A DNA stretch of 64,000 bases from a virus (Duplodnaviria; Caudoviricetes), in IMG/VR virus record IMGVR_UViG_3300033068_001847, positions 1-64,000 of that record; one strand, given 5' to 3'. Shown here piece by piece: positions 40,530 to 51,386 of the stretch. A program made the position numbers and the translations under genes. Position 1 is the stretch's first letter, and each line of letters begins with the position of its first letter. The notes beneath the pieces were generated by a model that saw only the letters and a program-made list of their open reading frames with translations, made no database searches and was not told the origin of the DNA.

Positions 40530-41936
40530 TTAAGTTATTAAATTATCAGTGCGCCCATCTAAAATGATGAAATTAACAGTATCTTTTTTAGTTATAGTTC
40601 CATTACTATGAATTATTATATCCATGTAATAATTTTGTGTGACCATCCATGAAGTATCTAAATAAAAGTAATTTTGATTATATCCTCTATTCACCTTGGT
40701 TTCTGGTATAACATCTATTTTAATATTACCTTGTTTGATGTATATATTATAATATATATTATCAATTATCAAACTATCATTATTAAAAAATTCTTTAGCA
40801 GTTATAATTACTTTTCTTACTTCACCTTTATTAATTCTTTCACCACGTTTTATACCTGTAAAACTAAAAGTAAATTCAGATGGTTCATATATTTCATTAC
40901 CGATATTGAAATAGTTATTATCCTTTAATGTGAAGGTCATATCTACATTAGATAATGTTCTTCCTCCAATTTCTAAACCAGTCCAAACATCAGTAAAATT
41001 CACTAATTCTAATCCATTATAATCTGAAGAAGAAAGTTCTAACTCTACTGAATATACACCCTTACCTTCTTGAGTTACACCAGTTAGTATTAAAATCTGT
41101 TCATCATTCTGATCATAAATTATAACTGATGAAGGTAATTCATCAAGGTTGGTAGGATTTTTATTAACATTAGTATATAAGTATAATTTATTTAATTTAT
41201 CAAAGTAAAATTGATTTCTATCATCCAAAATATTTTCTTCCCAAGTAGTTTCAATAAATGGTTCAAAAAATGTATGTGTATCTTTCCCATAGAAGTTAAC
41301 TCTATAAAAATCTTCAGTAATAAGATCTTCAAACTCCTGCTTAAAAGCTAAACCTAATCCATAAAAGTTACTAGTTCCACTAGTAATTAATTCATTAACA
41401 AACGATGTAATATCTACATTAATATTTTCGTTACCTAAATCAAAATGAATTGTTTCTAATTCGATATATTGATCAGAGGTATTACCTGAAAATATACCTT
41501 CCTCAGTCCAAGTACTTATATTAGTTCTTTGAAACCAGTTTGCTGGAGATGACTTAACATTACCATTTACATCTAATATTGTTCTACCATAATCAAAATC
41601 ATATCCTATACCTTCATCCCATGATTGTGGTACTTGGAATAAAACAAGATCAAATGATGATGCATGATCCTCACTAAATTCTTTTATTCTATGTAATACA
41701 TCAACATTATTAGCAACTGTATTTGTTAAATTTAATGTATGTTTTATATTATTGATAATGGTTTTATCTTCAATCTTTTCTTTAACTTTTTCAATATCAA
41801 ATGAAAAGATACAACGATTATAAAGTTTAGTTGCTCCACCGTAAACTAATTCCATTACTGGATTAAGTCCCGTGTTAACATACTTATCTTTAATAAGCGT
41901 AGTATCTTTAGTAAAATAAGTTCTATATAACCCCAT
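40530..41936 (-). CDS. probable baseplate-associated structural protein
   Basis: 468 aa; KDTTL...FD...WDEG.G...NW pattern reminiscent of DNRLRE-type domains. Confidence 0.5.
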   Translation of the reverse strand: MGLYRTYFTKDTTLIKDKYVNTGLNPVMELVYGGATKLYNRCIFSFDIEKVKEKIEDKTIINNIKHTLNLTNTVANNVDVLHRIKEFSEDHASSFDLVLFQVPQSWDEGIGYDFDYGRTILDVNGNVKSSPANWFQRTNISTWTEEGIFSGNTSDQYIELETIHFDLGNENINVDITSFVNELITSGTSNFYGLGLAFKQEFEDLITEDFYRVNFYGKDTHTFFEPFIETTWEENILDDRNQFYFDKLNKLYLYTNVNKNPTNLDELPSSVIIYDQNDEQILILTGVTQEGKGVYSVELELSSSDYNGLELVNFTDVWTGLEIGGRTLSNVDMTFTLKDNNYFNIGNEIYEPSEFTFSFTGIKRGERINKGEVRKVIITAKEFFNNDSLIIDNIYYNIYIKQGNIKIDVIPETKVNRGYNQNYFYLDTSWMVTQNYYMDIIIHSNGTITKKDTVNFIILDGRTDNLIT

Positions 41937-42436
41937 TATTGTATTTTTTTAATATCCTTTATTGTTGATTTATTAAAAATGATAAAATTTTTATATCCTC
42001 TTTCTAATATAATTGCTGCTTGGAAGTTCTTAGCTAACCAGTCAATAACTCCCATTGATTCTTCAATAGCTTCCCACGTATTACTTTGACTTGTTTTGCT
42101 ATTACAGAAGTCTTTAGCGGTCCTGTAATAATCATTATCAGAAGTGAAAACATCAGTATCTACATCAAGATCATAATCATCAAAATACTCTTCTAATTGT
42201 AAATAAGGATCTGCTAATTTAAAACCCTTTGAGTATAGTAATTCAATATGTTTACAGTTAGTAGAATCAAATATCTTAGCAGGATTTAAATCTACTTTAT
42301 ACTCATACTTATGACCATTAGCACCACCGTACACTGCATCATTAGTGAATTTTAAATCAGTAGCTAAAAAAGTGTATGACAGATCTCTTTGAAATCTGTC
42401 ATTATTATTTGATCCTTGGTATAAAGTATATTCCAT
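41936..42436 (-). CDS. ADP-ribosyltransferase-like (ART-PolyVal-like) protein, tentative
   Basis: LYQGS...TFLATD...A.YG...YKV....KIFD...IIFNKSTIK. Confidence 0.4.
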   Translation of the reverse strand: MEYTLYQGSNNNDRFQRDLSYTFLATDLKFTNDAVYGGANGHKYEYKVDLNPAKIFDSTNCKHIELLYSKGFKLADPYLQLEEYFDDYDLDVDTDVFTSDNDYYRTAKDFCNSKTSQSNTWEAIEESMGVIDWLAKNFQAAIILERGYKNFIIFNKSTIKDIKKIQ

Positions 42437-42438
42437 TA

Positions 42439-44244
42439 TTAAGTTGTTTTATTACGTAAGATTATATCCTTAGTAGATTTGATTTCGAACATACTGTTTG
42501 ATTCACCAAAAATAGTATAATCAACTAAAGCAATTTGTCTTGTACTCTCATCAACATATGGTTGATTAATTTCATTTAAGCTATAATCACCTCCTACTTT
42601 ATTATATACCCTGATATCAATGATGTTTAATACGCCCGGAATGTTGTTAATTTTTTCAGTTAAATTACCCAAGTATATATTTTCATTCATATCATGTTTA
42701 CTGATATCCATATATTCTTTAATGACATTAATTACGTTTGTATTAACCTCACTTCTATTGAAAGCTTTATCTAATAAAAGATCTATTTCAAATGCAAGGT
42801 TTATAATTTTACCATCTTCAATTTCAATATAATCATTCATCATCCTATATTTAGAAAGATATTCTGCAATATTTTCTTTCATTATATCATTAGATGTATT
42901 ATTCAACTGACCCTTATCATTTAATGATAGAATTGAAAGAATTATCTTATTTGATTCTTCCCGCCCTGCAACTCTAAATGGAGCACCAAATTTTCCCGGC
43001 ATTTTAAATACTTGAGTTAGATAATCCCTAGTAGTAACACAACGATTCTGAGATGAGAAGTTATAAGATATAAATCTTCGGATTTGTTCAATAGAAGGTT
43101 CATCTGCACCACCTAATGCTGGAAAAATTGGATTATTTACTGTTAAAGAATTCTTAACTGAATTATTATAATCCTGACGTACACCATTAACAATCATATC
43201 AAAAGTACCTAAACCAGTCAATACGTTTTTACCGATATTACTACTAGATCCTCCACCAACTCTATATCTATAGAATATTGTTGAATTCACTTTGGGAATT
43301 TCTCCTAAAGCATCATTATTTAAATAAGTTTGAATATAAGGAATGTTTAAATTTAATGAGTCTATAAAATCATTGAAAATATCATTGCTTGATGTACCTC
43401 CACCAAATATTATTTTACAAAATCCACTTTCAGTATATTCCTTAATAAATTTTTTACTTGCCGTTATATATTTACCAGCTTTAATATCTTTTGAACTCTG
43501 ATCAATATCCTCGACAAATAATTTATCTTCAGCTAGTGCATCTACTTCATAATATCTATCTGAACTTGATAAAAATTGTTGTAATGTTGGATTAGTGGTA
43601 TAATTAGTTCCATTCAAAAGAATTACCTGTTCAATTGATATTACATCATCTTCAGGTATCACTATTGTCATAAATGGTTTATAATCCTCAGCAGTCACTA
43701 TTTTACTTCCTATTTTAGTCACACCATTCTTAACAATTTCTTGTTTTACTATAGTATAACTCTTAATAACATTATTGTTATCAATATTAGGTATGATCTT
43801 CCTATTTGGAATACCTATAGAACTATAATCGCTTGAAAAATCTACATCATCTGTAGTTTCAAAGATTTGACCTGCACCAGTAACTTGTGCCCCGGTTTTA
43901 ATAATAGGTAAGTATGATTTATCGTACATATCACCGTATGGTGGTACTTGAACTGAAAATTCCACTACAGTAATGGATGGTTTTTTATTAGGTATATGTA
44001 AACCTAATGTTCTAGCATGTGCTAATAGGTTTTTCTTCTCCTGAACATTCTCTAACTGAGTTTCTTGGAATTTTCTATCTGTATTGAATGATAGCATATC
44101 CCCCACACCACTAGCAATTTCTACTAATAATAAATCTATAGAAGCTGGAGTAAAGTCTACATCATAGGCACTCTTTGCATAATTTATAAGTTCACTTCTG
44201 ATCCCTTCAAAATCTCTTTTGTAATAATTTATTTTTCCAGCCAT
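42439..44244 (-). CDS. baseplate wedge protein (T4 gp6/baseplate J-like)
   Basis: INYYKRDFEGIRSEL, YRVGGG, GGADEPSIEQIR, QNRCVTTRDY. Confidence 0.85.
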   Translation of the reverse strand: MAGKINYYKRDFEGIRSELINYAKSAYDVDFTPASIDLLLVEIASGVGDMLSFNTDRKFQETQLENVQEKKNLLAHARTLGLHIPNKKPSITVVEFSVQVPPYGDMYDKSYLPIIKTGAQVTGAGQIFETTDDVDFSSDYSSIGIPNRKIIPNIDNNNVIKSYTIVKQEIVKNGVTKIGSKIVTAEDYKPFMTIVIPEDDVISIEQVILLNGTNYTTNPTLQQFLSSSDRYYEVDALAEDKLFVEDIDQSSKDIKAGKYITASKKFIKEYTESGFCKIIFGGGTSSNDIFNDFIDSLNLNIPYIQTYLNNDALGEIPKVNSTIFYRYRVGGGSSSNIGKNVLTGLGTFDMIVNGVRQDYNNSVKNSLTVNNPIFPALGGADEPSIEQIRRFISYNFSSQNRCVTTRDYLTQVFKMPGKFGAPFRVAGREESNKIILSILSLNDKGQLNNTSNDIMKENIAEYLSKYRMMNDYIEIEDGKIINLAFEIDLLLDKAFNRSEVNTNVINVIKEYMDISKHDMNENIYLGNLTEKINNIPGVLNIIDIRVYNKVGGDYSLNEINQPYVDESTRQIALVDYTIFGESNSMFEIKSTKDIILRNKTT

Positions 44245-44618
44245 TATAATTGTACTTCTATTAAAATATTATTCACATAAATATCATCACTATCATTTGC
44301 TATGATTTTCAGATTAATTGTATGATCTAATTTCTCAACCTCAATTTCAGTGATTTGAATGGTTGGTAAGCAACTAACTAAAGATGCATTTGCTTCACTT
44401 TTAATATCTGTTAATGTGATATCATCATTAGGTTCGAATAAATACTTATATAAACTTGTCCCGAAAGTAGGATCAAAAAATCTTTCTCCTTTACGTGTAG
44501 TTAATACATGTAAGATATCAGATTTAATTGCATCAGTCGTGGTTTTATTAGAATCGAAATAATAACCTTTGGGACTATCTTTAAAAGGAAATTTAATATT
44601 TATATGTTCTCTATCCAT
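44244..44618 (-). CDS. baseplate gp25/GPW-like protein
   Basis: LTTRKGERFFDPTFGTSLYKYLFEP; TATTTATA at 44623-44630. Confidence 0.9.
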   Translation of the reverse strand: MDREHINIKFPFKDSPKGYYFDSNKTTTDAIKSDILHVLTTRKGERFFDPTFGTSLYKYLFEPNDDITLTDIKSEANASLVSCLPTIQITEIEVEKLDHTINLKIIANDSDDIYVNNILIEVQL

Positions 44619-44637
44619 TTACTATAAATATTAAATT

Positions 44638-45498
44638 TTAATTTATTTTGATGCTTGGAGCTATTATTTTATTTAAATCGTAATTAATAATCTCAGGAAC
44701 TTTACCAAATCCTTTGTTAGCTGGTAAATTTTGTGGGTGAACGTGATTTGCAACAAAATTTTGCATAAGTTTTAAGAATTCTACAATAGGTTCTGCATAG
44801 GCTGCTGAGAAAGCTGTTTCAACTATCTTTTTTAATTCTTCTTCGTCCAGAATAGTATTATATTTCTTAGCACCATCGTAAGTAATCAAACAAATTTTAT
44901 CTCCTACTACAGAACTGTAAGATCTTTGTCCATTAGTACTTAATTTTAGTTGTATATATGAAGGATTTTTATTATTTACCTTAGTTTTATCATTAAAAAT
45001 GAATTTACCTGCTCTAATTAATACTTCCTTATCCTTAAAAATTAAATCTGTATTATCCCGACCCTGAATTGCCACATCTTTATCATTAACGTATGCATCT
45101 TTTGCAGTTGGTATTTTACTAAGACTCTTATTTGGAGTTACTTTTGAAATATCTTGATTAGATTGTGCTGTTTTAGCACTCTCAAATGTTAAATTATTGA
45201 ATGATGTGATAACTGGTCCAATCCATTCACGTTTATTCATTAAATCACTCTTACTCGGAGTGAATATCTTTACCATTTCACCAACTTTAGGGTTAGTAAT
45301 AGTAAATAATGGTAAAAATGGAGTACACCAAGGCAAAGAACTATCAGGTGTTTTATCATCAATACCTTTGATTCTAGCTCTTACTCTTTTAGAATCGTTT
45401 GGATCAGCAATATCCACAACAATAGCATAATAAAAAAATACGTGATCGTTATTTTTATCCTTACCTGTAGTTTGTAAATGGCTATTTTGTTCAAACAT
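44638..45498 (-). CDS. baseplate hub/spike gp5-like OB-fold protein
   Basis: VVDIADP...RVRARI...LPWC...PKVGEMV; C-terminal HVHP. Confidence 0.8.
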   Translation of the reverse strand: MFEQNSHLQTTGKDKNNDHVFFYYAIVVDIADPNDSKRVRARIKGIDDKTPDSSLPWCTPFLPLFTITNPKVGEMVKIFTPSKSDLMNKREWIGPVITSFNNLTFESAKTAQSNQDISKVTPNKSLSKIPTAKDAYVNDKDVAIQGRDNTDLIFKDKEVLIRAGKFIFNDKTKVNNKNPSYIQLKLSTNGQRSYSSVVGDKICLITYDGAKKYNTILDEEELKKIVETAFSAAYAEPIVEFLKLMQNFVANHVHPQNLPANKGFGKVPEIINYDLNKIIAPSIKIN

Positions 45499-45665
45499 TA
45501 TTTTCGCTTCTTTAATTCAGTCATTAATTCCAAATACTCATTTTCTGTCACATTTAAGACTTCATGTAGAATTAATATCTCCTGTTTCAATTTTTCATGA
45601 TTTACACAAATATTATTAATCATTTCAATTAATTCGTCATTGGATAATTTAGAAATATCTTCCAT
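45498..45665 (-). CDS. small hypothetical protein (not in ORF track)
   Basis: 55 aa MEDISKLSNDELIEMINN...ELKKRK; TAATG overlaps at both ends. Confidence 0.65.
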   Translation of the reverse strand: MEDISKLSNDELIEMINNICVNHEKLKQEILILHEVLNVTENEYLELMTELKKRK

Positions 45666-46069
45666 TATTGTATAATTGCATTTCCTTTACCAATGCTAGT
45701 AGTTACACCTTTAATAATCACAGGTATACCATTAGCTGTTGTACCTTGAGCTAGAATACTTATTCCCGGTCTGATAGCTACTGTAGTACGTGCATCAACT
45801 GATATAGCGTTTAAATATTCTTCGGCTCTAATAATTTCAATCACCTCATCAGGATTAACTTGACCATCTGGAAAACTACCTACAGGTAAACCAGCTTCCG
45901 CTCTTCTCCTAATAATAGTAGCTGCCAACTTCTGAGCACTCATTCCTGATCTACTTTTAGATGCTAGTACTAAGTAAGGTGATACTTCTGGATCTCTAGG
46001 TTTAGGTATTGTAAGTAAATCTAAAACTCCTGATAAAATTGAGTTTACATTTGTAAAATCTATATCCAT
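45665..46069 (-). CDS. probable structural protein
   Basis: Likely start MDIDF at 46069. Confidence 0.6.
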   Translation of the reverse strand: MDIDFTNVNSILSGVLDLLTIPKPRDPEVSPYLVLASKSRSGMSAQKLAATIIRRRAEAGLPVGSFPDGQVNPDEVIEIIRAEEYLNAISVDARTTVAIRPGISILAQGTTANGIPVIIKGVTTSIGKGNAIIQ

Positions 46070-46070
46070 G

Positions 46071-47345
46071 TTATATTTTTTTAAATAATCCCTGTATAAT
46101 TTTTTTATACTTATCTGCACTCTCCTGAATATACATAGTAGCTATTGCAGAAACTATTTTTAATAGATCTCTTTTTAACATATTAAAGAGACTCTTCATC
46201 AAACTATTTATTATCGACTTGATAATACACTTGATTAAACTTTTATTAGCTCTGATGTCAGCTATGGGAGTTAAAAGGTTATTATTTGTATTGTTATTAA
46301 CCATTCCATATAAAAGGATCACTTGCGGTGATAATATAAAATTCTTAACAATATTATTTTTCAATGACACCATAAACTTTGATAGAAATCCATTTGCCAT
46401 AGATTGTCTGTCTTTATGATCCACACTAGTATTTAGTTTTTTAATAACATCAGTAAAAAAACGACTATTATATCCACCATATTTCTTAACTGCTTTTAAT
46501 AGATCAGCGTTACTAATATTAGTACCTATTTGATCAGATCCAATATCATTATAATATGTGTAATTCATTGATATCTTTTCATTAATCAATTCAGTTTCAC
46601 CATCATTAAATTTATAATATGAATCATCTTCCTCTGTTTCGATAATAATGTTATTCAACACAATATCTATCTGTTGATTCAGAATTTGTTTTTCTTTACT
46701 TAAGTTTTTACCATTAAAGAGATCACTAAAACTATTACCTACGATTGTAGAAGTATTTACCAGATTAACATTATCTATAAATGAATATAGAAAATCTTTA
46801 TACTTAACAGTAGAGTTTAATGGATAAAAAGTAAAATATCCGTCTTGGTTATTAAATGAACATTCAATAATATCATTAACTCTTTTTCTAGTGTTAGGAT
46901 TTTTAACAGCATCCTGTAACTTCAACTGGAATTCGCTTAAATATAATTCGTGCTCAGGTGTATTTTCCTGTATAAATAAATCGTTATTAAAATCTAATTT
47001 ATTTAAATGGATCTTATACCCACCCGTAATAAATGATGGAATTGTAGAATCATTCTTATCACCACCAATTGTATTAGTTATTTCTTCTTTGATTTTATCT
47101 TTGAAAGTAGCGTCAATATTACCAATATTACCTACCATGTTTTTAACTACTTTATTAATACTATCTGATCCAGAAACAACGGTTAATAAATCAATTAGAA
47201 ATATAAAGGGATCTTTATTTATTTTACCGTTTAGTAAAGAAGTGGATTGATTTTTCAATAGATCTCTATTAACAACAATTTCGTTAGCTGTTTTTAGTAT
47301 AGCGATCTGCTCAAATACATTTTTCTTTTTAGATAAAATTGACAT
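46071..47345 (-). CDS. hypothetical protein (probable late)
   Basis: 424 aa. Confidence 0.7.
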   Translation of the reverse strand: MSILSKKKNVFEQIAILKTANEIVVNRDLLKNQSTSLLNGKINKDPFIFLIDLLTVVSGSDSINKVVKNMVGNIGNIDATFKDKIKEEITNTIGGDKNDSTIPSFITGGYKIHLNKLDFNNDLFIQENTPEHELYLSEFQLKLQDAVKNPNTRKRVNDIIECSFNNQDGYFTFYPLNSTVKYKDFLYSFIDNVNLVNTSTIVGNSFSDLFNGKNLSKEKQILNQQIDIVLNNIIIETEEDDSYYKFNDGETELINEKISMNYTYYNDIGSDQIGTNISNADLLKAVKKYGGYNSRFFTDVIKKLNTSVDHKDRQSMANGFLSKFMVSLKNNIVKNFILSPQVILLYGMVNNNTNNNLLTPIADIRANKSLIKCIIKSIINSLMKSLFNMLKRDLLKIVSAIATMYIQESADKYKKIIQGLFKKI

Positions 47346-47347
47346 TA

Positions 47348-47854
47348 TTAAAATCCTGCGTCAGTTATATCACTCTCTTCCTGACTTGATTCATCAGTAC
47401 CTTCAATGATATTTTTAATTTCCAAATCCTCGTTCTCCTGCATTTCATCAATTGATAATACAGTTTCTTCTTCCTCCGCTTCCTTATTATTAGCACTATT
47501 GAAAATTGCAAAGATTTGCTTTTTCTCATCTTCCGTTACTACGGATGCCTTACCTGATCCATCATCAGTAGCTTTTTGGTCCTTCTGTAGATAATCTTTA
47601 ATTAATCGGGCACATGATATTTTCTTTTCAGAAGTATCATTTATTGTTTTTAAAAAGTCAACGTTGATTTTACCGATCATTGCAACATCGTTATTATCAA
47701 CAGTTGACTTAATTTGTTTATTATATTGTTGAGTTGCTTTTATTTTTGTTTCTTCAACTTCATTCCATATGTTTTTCAACATTGATTCTAAAGCTTCTGG
47801 TGTTAATTCAACATTTACTTTTCTTGGTCTCCCACCTACATTTCTTGAACTCAT
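47348..47854 (-). CDS. hypothetical protein with N-terminal GRPRK motif
   Basis: 168 aa; TATTTATA at 47871-47878. Confidence 0.7.
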   Translation of the reverse strand: MSSRNVGGRPRKVNVELTPEALESMLKNIWNEVEETKIKATQQYNKQIKSTVDNNDVAMIGKINVDFLKTINDTSEKKISCARLIKDYLQKDQKATDDGSGKASVVTEDEKKQIFAIFNSANNKEAEEEETVLSIDEMQENEDLEIKNIIEGTDESSQEESDITDAGF

Positions 47855-47892
47855 ATTTAAATCCTTTATTTATAAATATTTAAATAATGATT

Positions 47893-48609
47893 TTAGTCAT
47901 TATAAACATCATCCTTAATTAATTGGTAAAGAATTTTGAATTTTTTAAGTGAATTTCTAACCTCTTTTGAAGTTAAAAATGAAGTTTCCCGAATATAATA
48001 CAGGATCTTATTTCTTTCTAACATATTACTTTTACCTTCAGGATCAATAAAATTCTCCCAATTTTCAAGTAAATCAATAACAGCTAGTCCGACTTTTATA
48101 TCATTAGGTTTCAGTTTTTCATTTGTTTCAATTTCTAATTGTAACTTATCAATAAGAACCTTAATGAAATCAAATGTTTCAACTTTCTCTTCAATATCTA
48201 ATTCATATGTATACCTTTCATTCTCTTCTAAATCCGAAGAAATATCTTCATATGATAAGTACCTGTTTTTATTCTTTGAATATTTTAATAATTGAGCTTT
48301 TAAATAATTTACTGATATTGTCCCATAATATGAATAAGCTTTCTTATTCTCTCCGGGATCAAACTTTGAAAATTTAGTTAGGAGGAATGATAAAGTATCG
48401 TTTTTTAAATCATCAATACTAATATCATCCCTCATTAACCTGTACCGCTTGATAAGACTTTCGATCATCTTATTTAACGGCTTATTTAATTTTTCATTAA
48501 AAACTTTATCTCTGTTGGCTGGATCACCATACAAATATTCAATTACTGCCTTTTCTTCTGGTTCATCAAAATAATTTTTCGGTGAATTTTCTGACTTTTT
48601 TCTACCCAT
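47893..48609 (-). CDS. phage sigma factor (T4 gp55-like, region 2 only)
   Basis: KNYF, DLKNDTLSFLLTKFSKFDP...KAYSYYGTISVNYL matches the gp55-type FDP...AF.YFT.I pattern. Confidence 0.7.
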   Translation of the reverse strand: MGRKKSENSPKNYFDEPEEKAVIEYLYGDPANRDKVFNEKLNKPLNKMIESLIKRYRLMRDDISIDDLKNDTLSFLLTKFSKFDPGENKKAYSYYGTISVNYLKAQLLKYSKNKNRYLSYEDISSDLEENERYTYELDIEEKVETFDFIKVLIDKLQLEIETNEKLKPNDIKVGLAVIDLLENWENFIDPEGKSNMLERNKILYYIRETSFLTSKEVRNSLKKFKILYQLIKDDVYND

Positions 48610-48627
48610 TATACTTTCTAACAGATC

Positions 48628-49455
48628 TTAACCTAGATCTGCTGGAGAGTATACAATATCACGTTCAATTTCATTTGGATTAAACAAATACTCTTTTTTT
48701 GCAGTTTCTAAGAAAAACTTACCTTCTTCAGGTTTAATTCCAGTACTGGCATCTTGGTATTGATTAAACAATGAACCTTTTCTATTTATTAAATGTTTGT
48801 AACTGATTTTTGGGATTACTACACTTTCATGATCGTTATTGATAAAACGTAATAGGAACTCATAAATGAAGTGTACTTTAATGTTTGCTTTTAAACCACC
48901 TACTTCTTCAAAAGATTCTTTATTAATAATAGCTCCACTGATCATAAAAGAGTTGTGTGTAAGTAACGTATTAAGATCTAATTTACCATGTACTTCAGAA
49001 AATCCTTGTGCCCATACACCTTCATTAATGAACTGTATCAATTTACCATCTCCATCTACTAAAACCGTAAGTGGGATAAACATTGCAGTATCTTTATATT
49101 CCTTACTCTCAGAATAAAGTTTAACGTTATTGAAATATGTTTTTGAATATTCATCATCTAACTCTAAAATTGAAAAATATTTCGTTTCAACCTTAGAAAC
49201 CCCAAAATTTACTTGAGTACAGAAATCAGTTGATTTAAGATGTTTTACAATTTCAATTTCAACACCTACTTTACTAGCAACCTTTTCAATTTCATCAACT
49301 AATGTTTGTAAGTCTGGACATACAACTAGGATTTTTGAAATTTTAGTTTCTTGATCAACTACACTAGATAATGCTTTTCCAAACAAATCTTGAGTAGTTT
49401 CATCATATAATTCATGTACTGGTACTAATACCGTTATGTCTAATTTATTCTCCAT
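48628..49455 (-). CDS. glycosyltransferase (GT-A, family 2-like)
   Basis: ITVLVPVH, NFGV...YFSILELDD; likely start MENK. Confidence 0.75.
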   Translation of the reverse strand: MENKLDITVLVPVHELYDETTQDLFGKALSSVVDQETKISKILVVCPDLQTLVDEIEKVASKVGVEIEIVKHLKSTDFCTQVNFGVSKVETKYFSILELDDEYSKTYFNNVKLYSESKEYKDTAMFIPLTVLVDGDGKLIQFINEGVWAQGFSEVHGKLDLNTLLTHNSFMISGAIINKESFEEVGGLKANIKVHFIYEFLLRFINNDHESVVIPKISYKHLINRKGSLFNQYQDASTGIKPEEGKFFLETAKKEYLFNPNEIERDIVYSPADLG

Positions 49456-49711
49456 TTTTTTCTCTTCTTTTAACTTCACGTTTTAACATTTTAACATCCT
49501 TTTCTAAATCAACACTTCCTTCGAAGGTTTCACCAGCTTTATTCGGTTTAGATTTAGAAACATGAAAAAATTCTCCTTTTAAATGTTCACGAATTGCCTT
49601 AACTCCTTCAGTTCTTAATTTTCTGTAATCCTCGTAAGACATATTCTGCGGTCTCTCATTAAGAATTAATATTTCTTTATTAATATCTTGTGTGGTTTCT
49701 ATATTATCCAT
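49445..49711 (-). CDS. hypothetical protein
   Basis: 88 aa. Confidence 0.6.
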   Translation of the reverse strand: MDNIETTQDINKEILILNERPQNMSYEDYRKLRTEGVKAIREHLKGEFFHVSKSKPNKAGETFEGSVDLEKDVKMLKREVKRREKNGE

Positions 49712-50774
49712 CTTTTTTCTCGTTTTTTAGTTGTTCAATTAATTTACCTATTTCTTCTTTTCTAGTTTCAATATATCCACTGTAGATATTCTCTACGTTT
49801 ACATCTTCATCTTCTTTAGTGTAAAGTTTAGCTAGTTCTTTGATACCATCCAAAATTTCTTGAGGTTCACTATCTTCTAACCACATTCCAGTATATTGAG
49901 CAACTAGATCAGCTAAATCAATTATATTATTAGTCCAGATACCTTTAGTATCTTCAGCATATTCTGGAATGATATCAGGTACTAGTCCAATAAAAGGAGT
50001 ATTAGTTTTAGCACATTCAATTGGGAAAGTACCAAAACCAGCAACTCTATCAATCCAAACACCTAAAAAACATTCATCTAATTTTGATGCGAAATCACTT
50101 CTCTTCATATCACGCATATCCTTGAATGAAATCATTTGATAGTGTGGGTATGCTGCATAGAAATGTTTTGCTAATGTTAATAACTGAGATTGATCCCTTG
50201 CAGAAACTGCAATAATAGGTTTCTTGATTTTACCTGATGGTTTAAAAATAGAATCATCAATAGCTGGTGGACATATTTTAATATCGAATTGGTTTTTAAA
50301 TACCTTTTCAAGATATTCCTGTAGTGGTTTTTGTACAACTACAACATTCCTTATTCCAAAATTTGCCCAAGATATCCCCGGCATTAATGATTGTAATACA
50401 TATAGATAAGACTGACATAACACAACTTTAATACAAGGTAAATTTTTAGTTTGTTCCATGATATTAGAGAACCCTTCTGGATAAACTAATAGGTCATCGA
50501 AATTAACTGTCATCTTACTCTTATCTAAAGCAACGTGTTTTAGATTACAATACTCTTCCCCTAACCATGTCGGTTTAACATAGTCTTTATTATCATGAAT
50601 GATCATTGTATCATAACCTAGATCTGTTAACCTTTTAACATGTGAATAAACTACTCCAATACCTCCACTGGCTTGTGGAACTGATGGTAAATAAAACATA
50701 AGCTTGTTTAGCTTATTTTCTATGTTATGAATCGTTAATTCTAATTTCTCAATTTTTTCTTTGTTATCTTCCAT
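49704..50774 (-). CDS. glycosyltransferase (GT-B)
   Basis: SGGIGVVYSHVKRL, VYPE, GFGTFPIECAK. Confidence 0.75.
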   Translation of the reverse strand: MEDNKEKIEKLELTIHNIENKLNKLMFYLPSVPQASGGIGVVYSHVKRLTDLGYDTMIIHDNKDYVKPTWLGEEYCNLKHVALDKSKMTVNFDDLLVYPEGFSNIMEQTKNLPCIKVVLCQSYLYVLQSLMPGISWANFGIRNVVVVQKPLQEYLEKVFKNQFDIKICPPAIDDSIFKPSGKIKKPIIAVSARDQSQLLTLAKHFYAAYPHYQMISFKDMRDMKRSDFASKLDECFLGVWIDRVAGFGTFPIECAKTNTPFIGLVPDIIPEYAEDTKGIWTNNIIDLADLVAQYTGMWLEDSEPQEILDGIKELAKLYTKEDEDVNVENIYSGYIETRKEEIGKLIEQLKNEKKDG

Positions 50775-50807
50775 TTATTTTAATATTAATTTAAAAATAA
50801 TTTTTTA

Positions 50808-51386
50808 TTATAAGTTTTTAAAGTCTATTATCTTAATATCTCCACCCACTACTGACTTTTTACCTACGAACGATGCATCCCAATATTCAGAATATAATTC
50901 TTCAGTATCTTTGACGAATAAAATCCTATTAATCTCACATCCACACTTTGAAAGGAAAAATAAAGTAGATGACTTAGCTTTACCTTTCGCTGTTGAGAAC
51001 AGGGTTATATCAATATTATTTTCTTCATTCTTATTTTGTTCATTCAAATAATTTACTACATTTGTACTAGTTTCTTTTGCATGACCGAAGATCTCCAACA
51101 CATTATCAAACATAAACTTGTTAAATAGTTCCTCATTCGGTATATACTCTGCATCCTCATCAATTACCACAACAGTTTCTACAAATCCATCATACATCAA
51201 ACCTTGATCATCGTGTTCTTTTGTTATTTCTTTATACTGTGGGAAATTAAAATGTTTCCATAAATCATGTGGTTCTACGTCACTTATATCACCAGTCCAA
51301 TCATCTATCTGAGTATTGTATGCTTTTATTAGAGTTGGATACCAGTCTCTTATCAAATCAATATCTATTGCTATTTTCTTCTTCAT
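50808..51386 (-). CDS. HAD-family 5'(3')-deoxyribonucleotidase-like protein
   Basis: N-terminal KIAIDID; otherwise divergent. Confidence 0.55.
   Translation of the reverse strand: MKKKIAIDIDLIRDWYPTLIKAYNTQIDDWTGDISDVEPHDLWKHFNFPQYKEITKEHDDQGLMYDGFVETVVVIDEDAEYIPNEELFNKFMFDNVLEIFGHAKETSTNVVNYLNEQNKNEENNIDITLFSTAKGKAKSSTLFFLSKCGCEINRILFVKDTEELYSEYWDASFVGKKSVVGGDIKIIDFKNL

Noticed and set aside
47348-47854. Terminase small subunit
   Set aside because: Only a GRPRK motif and helical character; no adjacent large subunit
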